Shown piece by piece: positions 45,745-58,000 of a stretch of 64,000 nucleotides of DNA. Every line of letters starts with the position of its first letter. The first letter of the stretch is position 1. The notes under the pieces are model-generated. The model saw only the letters and a list, made by a program, of their open reading frames with translations. It had not been told where the DNA came from and did not search any database. The stretch lies in IMG/VR virus record IMGVR_UViG_3300009146_000001, positions 12,046 to 76,045 of that record; one strand, given 5' to 3'. Position numbers and translations under genes: made by a program. The stretch is from a virus.

Positions 45745-45919
45745 CGGTCTCCCGTGTGTTGCTTCACGGGCGGGGATCAGGTGCGACTTCGGCATGGACC
45801 TGAGCATTGCAACAGGGGAGGGGCCTGCCCTTGGTTTAATAGGGCCAAGGGATCCATCCCTCAGCCTCGGTTGAAGGGGCGGCAACCGGGGTAACGCTCC
45901 CCGCCAATGCCGAAGACCG
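45745..45919 (+). ncRNA. Candidate structured RNA with a pseudoknot
   Basis: Nested helices and a 9-bp loop-distal pairing (see findings). Confidence 0.45.
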
Positions 45920-46037
45920 CCCCACTTTTCCTCACCATAAATTCAGTGAAGTGCTCATTGACTCTTGACATATATTCCCCTAGTTAAGGGGCATATGATC
46001 AAGTGGCTAGATGAACAACGTAGGATCCTCGCGGAAC

Positions 46038-49000
46038 CTATGCGAAAGCCGCCGGGCGCATCTTCCGTCCCCGTGATCGGCCCACCGCATAACGTAAGAG
46101 TCCACGGTCGGAAGCGGAACGGCGTCGTCCGGCCCCTCGTCTTCCGAGCAAGGAGCGACGTGACGCTTGGCGGCCACCTTGAAGCTTTGGAACTGCGACA
46201 GCGGGTGCACGACGCAGTGCTCGAACGGCTGGCAGCTTAGCGGATTTTCCGCTAGCGGATGACGACTTGGCGAGGCGGATCCCACCTCCGCCTCCGCCAC
46301 CCCCGCCTCCACCCCAGCTTGCGGCACGGCCACTGCCTCCGCCCTTGGAGAGGGCTTTAATCGCCGCCTCCCGGTGCTGTACCGCCGTAAATTGCTTCGG
46401 CGTCAGCCGCTTCAGCGTGTCCTCCTTCTCATCCTCCTCGGGCACGTTGTCATACATTCGCCAGACGGATCGGGAGGCCACCGCTTGGTTGACCCGCTTC
46501 GCCGCCGCCGACTGGTCGATCCCCTTCTTGTGCATGAGCTGGCGGATCCCCTCGGCCTTCTCCTCCTCCGACTTGCGCTTGGCCTCGGGGTCGCCGGTCC
46601 GCTCGTACTCAATCCCCCACTTGATCGCCCGCTCCACGTTGTCGGAAGCCGGGTTCTGGGACACCTGACCGAAGGGGCGATGCGCAATCTTGGTACCGTA
46701 GTCGATGCCGGGGATGGCTTCGACGAGCGTGCCGACTATGCCCGGAGGCGCGGACATGGCGCGGATCGAGGCGGCTGCCTCCCGGTACTCACGGTGCGCC
46801 GGGTCGTTCAGGTTCCAGAGGACACCAACGATGGGCAGACGACGGGCAAGGAACTTCCCCGTCTGCGTCATGATGACATCCTTGGTCGCCTTGATATCGG
46901 TGAAGTCCGCTCCACCAATGATCGCCTTGAAGGCATAGACGGCATCGGCCAAGAAGCCCAGCACGGGCGAGAAGGCACCAATCTCCAGCGTGCCTTCGCC
47001 GAACCCGGCGAAGAGGTCATCGTAGAATTGCCCGAGCGGGATCGAGGCGAGTAGCGCACCCGTGAAGACGATCAGCCCGGTGCGAAGGTCCGGGTTCCGA
47101 ATGAAGTTCTCGACGGTCCACCCCGGAGTGCGCAACCCCAAGGCCCCCAAGCCCCACGAAACCCCGAGCGTACCGATGGCTCCGCTGCCGAGCAGCAGGA
47201 AGAGGAGGCCAAGGATGTTCGCAATCTCCCTCGGGTAGCGGTAGTACCACGGCATCTTGTGCCGGGGCATCTTGAAGATTTCCCCGGTGACGATGCTGTA
47301 GAAGTTCGCACTGTTCCACACCTTGAGGGCGGCGAACGACCGGGCCACCTTGCCCTTCCATCCCTTGATGAACGCCACGGGTGGACGTTCCCGCAGGGTC
47401 TGGACCTGACTCTCGGTCAGGTAGTTGTTCATCCATGCGGTAATCGCAGGTTTCGGCAGCTCGGTCTGGACCGCCTCCTCCATCGACTTGCCCGTGGCGA
47501 TGGTCTGGTTGTAGAGGTTGATCATCACCGACTCCAAGGATCCACCGCCGGTCAGCCAGCGCCGGGCCATCCGGACATTCGCCCGGTTCATCCCGAGTTC
47601 CTTCTCGGTGAATGGGTAGAGCGGGTCCAAGGGATCGTCGGTCCACACCCCCTTCTTCTTCCGCTGGTCGAGTGCGCGCAACGCCTTCTGCTTGAGCCTG
47701 CGCAGATCGGCGACGGCCGTGTCCGCGAAGGTCATGTTGTTGATGTCCTCGGCGATGGTCCGGCTTTCCCTCGTGGCCCAGATTACAGCCTTGCCGAACG
47801 GCACGCGGGTGATCGCCGTGCTGATCCAGCGTTCGACGCCCTTGAAGAATCCGGACTGGCCGCGCTCGTACTCCAAGGCCCCGGTCACAGCCCATATGTT
47901 TCCCGAGGTCTTCTGGAGAAGGCGCTCATCGTAGAGCGTCATCCCACGGATGATGCCCCGGTCGCTCATCTCGACGATTGCACTGACCGACTTGTGGTAG
48001 GCCGGGGCAAGGATCGGGATGTGCCGGAGCATGGCGCGCAGCCACTTCGTCCTCCCAGCGCGGGTGTTGCTCAGATGGTAGACCGTGATCTTGGCGGCGT
48101 TCTTCATCCACCGCGCCACCGCCTTGGCCGTGCACAGCGGGAAGATGACGTGGCTCCAGAGAAGCTTCTGCTGGCGGTAGATGCCCGTGGTCAGGGTGAG
48201 TACCGTGTCCTTAATTACGGACAGGCTATTCCACAGGCCGGAAACCAAGGGTGCCACGCCAAGCATGGAACCCCAGCGAAACGTATCGTGGATGTGCTGC
48301 TCTGGATCGAGTGAAGCCTTGGCAAATTCCTCCATCAACGCGACCGACTGGTGCATGATCTTGTGAATCCGCTCCAGCTCTTCGAGATTGAGTGCCGTCT
48401 CCTCCTGAAACTTCTTCTGCACGAGTGTGTCGGCCTTCCCACCCGGAGTACCGACCGCCTTGTTCGCCTCGGAAATCTGGGCGACGACCACCGCGTCGAT
48501 CACCGACATCGCCTTGGCGAGGTTCGTCGAGTGATGATTCAGGACAACACCGTGCAGGGTGTTCATCGCCTGATGCGATGTGAGTCCGTACTCGTAGAAG
48601 CCCGACGGGGCTTCCATATCTCCACGCGGGGTAATGAAGCTGCTCTTGGTATCCGTCGATGTGCTGGACTTGGACTGCCGCTGCATGTCGAAGTCGTCCA
48701 TCTTCTCCTGCGCCAAGAGGAGCTTGTCCGCGTACTCGTTCTCGATCTCCTGCCGGATCTCGGCCGGTGTCCCCGTGGCCTTGCCCGATGCGACGACGCG
48801 GGCGGTCAGGTCGTCGATGATCTCGTTGAACGAGGTCACCGTCTTCTTGCCCTTCTTCAGATCCCTCCTGAGTTCATTGTAGTAATCCTCCATCCCGAAC
48901 CCGGCGTTGGCCCCCATGAGTTGTGAGTTCACCCGAGCGCGGTATCTCGGGTTCGAGGTCATGATGAATGAGTGGACCAGATGCTGGAAGGTCAGTGGCT

Positions 49001-52000
49001 TCGTCGCCTCATCGGTATGGCGGAGGACATTGTTGATATAGTCCGCACGGAACCCGGTCGGATCCGCAACCATCGTGCGCTTGTTCTTGTCGTCGCGCCT
49101 CTGCTGCTGCCCCTGCCTCGCCTTGCGGAAGTCTTCGAGGAGCATGCCCAGACGCTCCGGAACCACGAGGGACCGGGACATGATCATCGGCCCGCCACCA
49201 AAGGCCAGACGCTTGCGCTCCTTGTATGCCTCGGCCTTGCCCGGTGCCATCTCGTGCACCTCCAAGAGGTCGGCCGTCTCCGTCGTCAATTCCCCGGTCT
49301 GGCCGGAGACCTGCTTGCCAATCCCGCGCTCGTAAGCGGCCTGCGCATGGGCGGCGGCGATATCGGCGGGACTCACCGTGATCCAGCCCGTCGGGGAGAT
49401 GTGCCGACCCGCGTCGTACAGCCTGTCCCCCGCCACAACCGGGTCATCGTATGCCTCCTGATACGAATCGAGGATTACCTCGGTGACGAGCCAGCGGTAC
49501 GCATCCCGGTCTGCCTGCATCCTCGCCTGCGGATTGCGCATGTTCCGGATCAGGTCACCCCAGATCTCGGGCTCGACGTGCAGCTTATGGCCCTCCATCG
49601 CCTTGAATATCTTCTCGAAGACAATCCCCTGCTTGCGCTTGAGGCCCTGCTCGTGGATCCCCCAGTTGACGTAGGCCACCATCGCCTTGCTGTAGACGTG
49701 CCTGCCAAACCCCTTGATGGAATCCTCAACATCCTTGAGGACCGGGTTGAGAATTTCCCGGATGAAGTCGAGATTGATAAGCCCCTTGGCCCCCTGCCAG
49801 AAGAGACCCGCCTCGTCGATGGTGTGATTCGAGATCGCGTTCTGCGGATCGAGGAACACGGAGAGTTCCCGGATCACCTGCTCGTAACTCTGGAGAACGA
49901 CCGGGTCGGCCGTGTTGTAGTTGGCCGTGATCCAGTTGGTAATGTCCGTGATCGCCTGAATGATATCCACCCGAGCCTTCTCGGTCGGGAACTTCATCAC
50001 GGAGATCGAGAAGTTGCGCACCTCCCGGTCCTCAATCGTCTGGCCAGTCGCCGGATCCTTCCGCTCCATGAGGGGCATGACCAACGTGACGCTGCCGAAG
50101 GGTTCACCCTTGTGGGGTTCCTTCATCCGGATGATGTCGTTGGCCCGGCGGTGGATGAGGGCGACCGCCTGATTGACCGCTGCCCGGTAGTCCTTCGAGG
50201 CGGCGACGGACTCCATCATCTTGATCGCATCGTCGGTGGCTTCCCTCCTCAGGGCCGCTACCTCGGACGCCTTACTCAACCGGCGCAACCGCTCCAGCTT
50301 CTTGCCGGAATTGGTGGCCACCATCCGGAAGTTATTGAGCGCCCGGCGCACCGAGAACTTGTCCGGGTTCTTCTTCGACAGTGGATCAAGGACCGTGGCC
50401 AACGCCTGCATCTCCGCCTTGTCCACGGCGAAGTTGGAGGCCAGTTCCTGAAGATCGAGGATGATCGAGTACCCCGGACTCCATGCCTGAAGCGGAGGCA
50501 GCCCACCCGCCAGTGATGTCGTCGCCATCGCCACGGCCGCCGACTTCGTGAGGCCCGTCTTGGTGATGACGTCCGCCAAGATCCCGGTCTTGGAGATGTG
50601 ATCAAAGAAGTCGTGCGTCGTTGGGATAAGCCCGTTGAAGGCTGCCTGAATACTGGCTGGGTCCAGCCTTGGATCCGCTGCCAGAGCGTTGAACAACGCC
50701 TTGAGGTCGGAGAGGGATTGGGCCTGTCCCAAGAGACTCGCTGCCCCTTCCAGTGCCCGCTTGTCCTCGGCCATCCCGGTTGAATCCCAGTCGATGGGAT
50801 CGAATGCGGTGCTCGCCACCTTCGTACCCGTCCGGGCCTTGAGCCGAACGAGGTCGACGAGGGAATCGCGGATGCCGTCGATGCGGTTGGACACGCGCTG
50901 CCGGTACTGATCCTCGGTCGCTCCCTTGAGGAAGGTCTGCAACTCGCTGAGGGCGTCGGCCTCCGCTTGGGTGAGATTCTCTAACGAGGTCTTGGCCCCA
51001 TTGAGGTCGGCCATGAGCCGCTCGTGCGCGGCCGTGACACCGGCGGAGGCGTGAATGATCTCGGCAATCTCATCATCGGATAGCTCCGTCGCCTTGACCG
51101 TCCCGGCGAGGACGCGCTCCCAAGCCGAGAGCTTGGTCCCGGTCGGGGGTGGCGTTGCCGTCGCGATGTTCCTCGCCTCGGCAAGGCTGCGCAGGGTGTG
51201 GCCCGTACCCAATCCCGCCAAGGTCATGCGGGCTCTCCTCCGGTCCTTGGCCATCGCCCGGCGGGTAGCCAGTGGTGTGCCCTTGGGTGGCGGCGCGGCC
51301 GTGGCCCGTGCCTCAAGGTCGTTGATCATGGTCGTCACCGCCGGGTCGACCATCAATCCCTGCGCCCGCGTATGCTCCTCCAAGATCCGCTGGCCGAGCG
51401 GACCGACGTTCGAGGACGCCTTGAACTTGTCGTACTGATCCTTGTTGAAGACCGTGGACTGGAGCCGCTGTGCCGCCTCCTGTGCCGCCGCCGACACCTC
51501 GGTCTTCCCGGCCGTGAGGACGCTGGGCTTGCCCTCCTTCACCTCGTCGACGAATCCGGGTGCCGCCACCTTGGTGGCATCGCTTGCCCGGCGCTGGGTC
51601 TCCGTCCACTCCAAGAGGTTGTCGACCTGATCCCGCAGCCTGACGATGGCCTCGGGCATGAAGTGCTCGGTGACCCCCGTCTTCGGATCGGTGTACTTGT
51701 CCGCGAATGCCCGGTGCAGCCATGACTGGAACCGGCGGAAGAAGGTGATGAGGTTCTCCTTGATCGTCCCGATGAAGGTGACTTCCTCGGTGAGCCCGAC
51801 GCCGCCGCCGACCGGCCGCTTCGACGCCATCCGCAGGAGTTCCATCATCCATGCGGCCGGGGTGACCAGTCCGGGGTACGCCTCTTCCATCCCCTTCTCC
51901 AAGGCGGAGAGCTTGTCCGCCGGGATAAGTGTGCGGAGTTCCCGGAGGTGACGGCTGATCTTGTGCTGGAGGGAGCCCGGCTTGAGATGAAGGTCATCCC

Positions 52001-55000
52001 TGAGGAAGGCCACCAGCGCCATATGTTTGACCTCCTCGTCGAGCATCGCCCGCACCTTGGGTGAATCGAGGTGATCAACCTTGTCGCGATTAAGGGTAAG
52101 GATCGTCTTATCCCCTTCGACCGAGAGCACCATCGCCTTGGCCGTGGGGTCATCGGATAGCCGAACCTCATCCAGCCCGAGTAACTTGAGGTCCACGAGC
52201 GCCTCGCGCAGGGCTGCGCGTGATGCCTCAAGGTGAACATCCATCCGCTGGACGAGGGCATCCACGGTCTTCGGGATGTCGTCGATGGCCAGCCTCTTGA
52301 TCGCGTCCTCCAGCGGGGTCCGCCGCCTCTGCTCCTCCTCCGTCACCTCGGTCTTGGATCGCAGCGCGGCTGCCATCCTGAGCTGCTTGGTAACCTCGCT
52401 CTCGCTTTGGCTGATCCGCTGGCGCACCGGGTAGGAGATCCAGTCGCCTTCCTTCATCTGGCCGGACTCGACCTGTGACTCGAAGCGTTCCTCCAAGGAC
52501 ACGAGACGGCCGCCGTTCCCGTAGGCGAAGGTCTCCAGCTTGTCCGCCTCGGCAATCGGGATACCGATGCGGGCGGCTACACTCATGAGAATCGAGCGCG
52601 CCTCGTTCTCGTTCTTTTCGATGGTTGACCAGTAGCGATACGCCTCCGGCTCGGTCAGGACGCTGGTCTCATAGGTGTAGTCGAACTTGCCCGCCTGCGT
52701 GGAGAGCATGGCCTGCATGTACTCCTCATGCTCCTCGGTCTTCTTCTTGCCCAAGACGTCGCCGTAGACCCAGCGGAAGTAGGTGTCCCACTCATGCATC
52801 TTCCAGTCCCATGGCGACGCCCACGGAGCGGCGAGCGCATTGAGCTTGGCCTTGATGAGTTCGCTGCGGGTGACCTTCTCACCCCTGAGGAACTTCTCCT
52901 TCTTGACCTTCCTCTCCCCCTCCTCGGTGATGACCTCGGTTCGGACGGTGGTCGGCTCCTCCCAGATGTGGGTGATGAAAGCCTCCGGGGCCAACTTGAC
53001 CCCCTTCCTCTTCAGCTCTTCAGCCTTCTTTCTCTCGCTGACGACGGTGTTGAGCGCGGCCACCTCGGTAGTCTCCTGCTTCAGGGCAGGCTTGGTCGGA
53101 TCGGTGAGCAACTCCGGATCAAAGAACGTGGCGAGGTAGACCGGCTGCACCGTCCCGGTGAACTTCGGTGCCTCCTTGTTCAACGAAACCTGCTGCCGCT
53201 CCATGATCCCGCGAGGATCCGGACGGATAACGCCCTTCCACCGATCCGTGATCTCGCCTTCCCGATCAAGGACATGCTCGGCGAGGGCCGACCTCGGCAT
53301 GACCCAGTAGGGGATTCCCGTGGGATCATTGATGCGGAGGACTTCGTCGGTGCCCACCTTCCTGACCACCTTGACCGTGGCCTCGGGGGACAGGTGTTGC
53401 TGGAGATTCCCCAAAGCTGACCGGCGAATAACAAGGGTCTGGATTTTGGGGTGGCGGATCATCTGCCACCGCCCAGACCGCAAGCCCTTGGCCGCAGGCA
53501 GAAGCGGCACAGCCTCAAGGCCCTTGCGCCCAAGCTTGAGATGTTTCTCGCGCCACTTGCGGTACGCCCTCCACGCCGAGATTGGTGCTCCGCTGCTGGG
53601 AGTCACCCCCATCGGGTGCTCCGGGCTGGTCATGTGGGTGGTCGCGGACAGATCCCGCGTGGCATTGACCAGCAGGGGCTGAGGCAGTGTCGATAGTTCC
53701 CCCTCAACCAGACGCTGCGACTCCGCAATCGTGAGCGGGACCAAGCTGGATTTCTCCCATGTGAACTCCAGTTCCCAAGGTTCCAGATCGTGGCTCTTGG
53801 CTTCCTTCTTCGGATACCGGCCACGACGCACCTTCTCCTCCTCACGCCGTGCCTCCATCCGCATCCGCCGCAGTTCCTCGATACGTTCGGCTGCGGTTTC
53901 CTTGGCACGGACGCGGGAGGGAAGAAGCCTCATCCGGTCCATCCACGGGATCATCCACGGGAAGAGCCGCCCGCGCCGGGACACAGCGCGCTCTAACGCC
54001 TTGCCCTTCTCCTCGCTCAGTTGCCGGTACGCTTCGCGAGGAGATAATCTCCTGCCTTGCCCACGTCGGCGGCGATACCCGACAGCCGGGAAGAGTCGCC
54101 GGGTGACGCCTTTTTCAAGACCCGGCTTAAAGCGTTCAGCAATACCCCTTTGGCTTGCACGTTCGCCGGGCTTAGCACCTTCCCTGAGGAGTTCGGATTT
54201 TGCTGCTTCATTGTAAGCGTCAGTAGCTGCGTCGCCGATCTGTTCTACCAGCCATTCCTTGAAAGCTTCTGGGTCGGTGTAGACGTTGACCGGGACTCCT
54301 TTGACAATCTTGAGCGCGCCTCCCCCGATCTGTTCAGCCTCGGCCCATTCCGCGACGGCATCATGGAGGGCACGAACCACCTCCTTCATGTCGCTCGTCA
54401 CCTCGGTGCCGGTCTTCCCGCCGAAGAGAAGATCGCGCATCACCTGCCGCGCCCACCCGGCTACGCCCTCCCGATCCGTCGGCATGTCGGGCGTATCCAC
54501 CTGCTCGACGATGGAGTTGACGACGCCACGGGCGACGTCGGCCATGGTGATATCCCGCTCCATCTCGGCTTCGAGCTGGCGAAGGGGAATCCCCTCCTCT
54601 CTTGCGATGGCCTCGCGCTCCTCCTTCGTGGTCGTAGCTTCGAGTTCAGCCCGCGCACGGCTGATCTCCATCTGGGATTCGATCCGGCCAGTGGTTTCGC
54701 CAGCCTCAACCACCCCGGCGGTCTCAGCCTCAAGCCGGTCACGCTCCTGAGCATTGGCCTCCGCCTCCATCTCTGCGGTGGCGTCCTCGTTGGCGATGTA
54801 GACTCCCTCGTCCTTGCGCCGGGACACCTTGGTGGTGGTCTCCGTGTATAGCGCGGGTTCCGAAAAGGCGTCCTCAATCCACTGCTTCTGGAGGTTTCCG
54901 ATGTGATCGGCGAACTCCAGAAACTTGAGCATCGGCCATTCCATCGGATCGAGCCACTCCTCGGCGCGGGCCGTCGGGATCCGCATGGTGCCCAAGAACT

Positions 55001-58000
55001 CCGGCTTGTTCCAACGGTACTTCCCCATCCACTTGTCGATGCTCTTGCGGGTGTTCGACTTACCTTCCCGCTTGGCGAATGGATCGCCAATCATCACCCG
55101 CTGATCGACCCTCTTCTTGGTATCGTCGGTGCGGTACACCGGGAGCAGGTAGACCCGGCCCGTCTCCGGCCCTTCGTTGAAGGTGACGAATACCCAGCGG
55201 GCCGTCTGCTGCATCTCCTTGTTGCCGTTCCGGGAGTACCGGAGGATGTCATCGAACCAGCGTTGCGGATCCTCCCATGGGGCAGGGATGCCGTGGAACG
55301 GCCGGGCCAGTGGCCACTCCGAAGGCTGGAGATGCATCGCCTTCTCCATCTCCTCCTTCTCCTCGTCGGATGTTCCACGTGGAGCACCGAAGCGCGGGTC
55401 ATATGGATACCGCTGATCCTCTTTCTGCTCGGCCGCCATCCGGTCCAGACGGTGCCGCTGCCACAGTGGCACGTTGTCCCGCATGTTGATCTGCAAGGCC
55501 GTCGGCAGAAGGTCGGCATCGGTGGCCAGCCAGTAGCCGATGGTCTCGCTGATCTTCTTTATCGAGTCGCGCCTGAGTCCGCCGGTCCCGGCCTCCTTGA
55601 ACTTCTTGATCGAGTTCTCGTGCGCGGCCAGAGCGATGGCGATGTAGTCATCCCGGAGGCCGTACTCACCCGGAGCGCCCTCCTTCTTCGCCATGTCGAT
55701 GAGCTGCTTTAACCCCTTGAGGTAGTCGTCAACCGTGTAGGCCCCGGTCTGCTTGGCGAAGGCCAGAAGGAATCCGGTCCGCGATTGGATAAGGGCCGTG
55801 ATCTGGTCCTTGTCCATGAAGTCAAAGAGGCGCACACCCCCCTCCTTGTTCGGATTCGGAGGCGGCTTCTGGTAAGGCTTGGGCTTCTCCCCCGGCTCCG
55901 GCGGTGTCGCCCTCGGGTTGAGCGCCTCGGCCTGCTTGGCGGCATCCTTGGCCACCGCCTGATCGAAGGCTTCTCCAAGGTTGGAAAGGCCCCCTGATGG
56001 AGCCGGTTCTTCCTGAGCTGCTGCGGCGAGAGGCCCCTCCCCCTTCTCTGCCTTGGCCTTGTTCCGGGCGATGGCCTTCTCCTGCGCGGCCAGCTTCTTG
56101 GCCAGAGACTTATCGGCAACCGGCAACCCTACGGAGGCGACGATCTTATTCCCCTCAGCCAGCCAACGCTCGGCTTCGCTCAGCTCCTCTTTTTTTTTAC
56201 CCGGAGCCTCGGCCGCTGCGGCTGGCGCGGCGGGCTTGGCCGGTGCCATCTTCCGCTTGCGCTTCGTGGCGGCGGCCTTGGGTGGGTATAACCCATTTAC
56301 AAACGCATCGACTTCCTGCTTTTTGACTTGGGGCAACCTCCCCTTCACCTCCTCGGCAAACTTGCGAATCTCGGCCTCGCCATGGTTTGCCATCTTCATC
56401 TGCTGAATAAAATACAGGTCAGAATCCAAGGCGTCTCCGAGTTCACCTTCGCCTTCATCGACTGGAGCTGCTGGGCCAGCTTTCCGAACTACCCGCTTGC
56501 CCGTTGGCCTACCCGGACCTTCGTCCGTGTACCTCGGAGCCGGGAGCATCCGACGAGCTGGAGTTATCGGCTTACCCGGCAACCTGCGCCCCCCGTCCGT
56601 GTACCTCGGAGCCGGGAGCATCCGGCGCTTGGGAGTCGCTGCCGCCGGGGTCGCCGCTGCTGGAACAATGCTCCCGTTGTCGACGTAAACCTCGCTACCA
56701 TCCGGCCAAGTAACAATCGACAGGTTGGGATTCTGGCCTTCGGGCCTTAGATAGGTCACCACGCGAGGGGATCCATCTGCCATCATGACCGTGATCTTCG
56801 TGCCCGGTACTGGCGGGGTGAACTGCGCTGGTGTCGCTGCCGGGGTCGCTACTGGCGGTGTTGCCGCTGGAGTCGCTAGCGATTCTCCCGCTAGTGCGGT
56901 ACCAAGGCCAGCCGATGGTCCGGCCGCAGCCGGAGTTACCACAGCAGGATTCATGGGATCCCCGAGTTTCGCCTTGGAGATCCACGGATGACTACCCGCC
57001 AACCACTGCTCGTAGGTTGGCATCCAGCTACCCTTGCTTTGAACCTCCGCTTGAGGGGTGTCTCCCTGAGCTGCGGCCCTTGCCTTGTATTCCGCCTCAA
57101 GCTGTCCCCACCTCGCCAAGGCAGCCGCATCCCGCCTCTTATTCCTCTCCCCGATGTCCTCCTCTGGTGTCGCTAGCGGTTCTCCCGCTAGTGCGGGACC
57201 GATGCCACCCGTCTGCACCGGGCCAGCCGCCACCGGCCCGACCGCAATCGGAGGTTGACCAGTCGGGATCCGGACACTGGGCACGTTGCCGGTCGGTGCC
57301 CCTGTGCCGGTCGCCACCGGGCCAGCGGCCACAGGTGGCTGCGCGGCCTCATCCCTGCGCAGTTGTGCCTCCTCTGCCGCCACCTGCGCGGCAAGGCGAC
57401 GGCGCTCGCGCTCGTCCTGAACCTGCGTGATCGCGGCACGGATCTCAGCGATGCGCGTCTTGCGTTCTTCAATCGCCCGGCGCGTAGCGCGCTGGCCGGG
57501 AACCGACGCCGCACCGAAGACCGCTCCACCGATGGCACCGCCGACAAACTCCTGAAGCCTCTTCTTGGCAAAGTCCTTGAGGGCATTCGGATCCGCCCCG
57601 GTCAGGTACACGGCGGACAGATCGCCGAGGATGCCGGAGATATTTTCCTCCACCCCCTCGCTCAACATGCTGATCCCGAGTTCGCCAGAGGCGGATTCCA
57701 AGATCGGCTTGAGGTAGTTCTTTACGTCGTCATTGACCGTCCTCACCCGAGCCGACGCCTTCTCCCACGTGGTGGTCGGAATCCGTGGCGGCTGCGCGGC
57801 CTCGCGCTCGACGGCCTGCCGGAGTGACGCCATCCGTGGCGTCTCGCCGATCACGGGCGGAGCCCCTTCCCTGACCGCCCGGCGCATGGCCGCCAGTTCC
57901 TCGACCGTGCTGGCCCCGAGGCGCTCGGCATCACGGAGGGCGGTCGTCGCCGCCCGGCGCGCACCGATGGTACGGAGGGCCTTGCCCGGCGCACCGAGGG

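Larger units (their letters stand above)
26114..57191. repeat. Dispersed 19-bp palindrome CTAGCGG-N5-CCGCTAG, 15 copies
   Basis: Starts at 26114, 32142, 32806, 33245, 33644, 34182, 35192, 36417, 37113, 37856, 38967, 42266, 46237, 56876, 57173. Confidence 0.9.

Noticed and set aside
45720-45935. Cobalamin riboswitch or RNase P identity for the structured element
   Set aside because: Only short fragments (GGAGACC, GAGGAAAAG) resemble them; the conserved cores are missing.
46895-46915. GADFTD in the giant protein as an RNA polymerase NADFDGD motif
   Set aside because: It lacks the DxDGD aspartates and lies in the hydrophobic C-terminal region.
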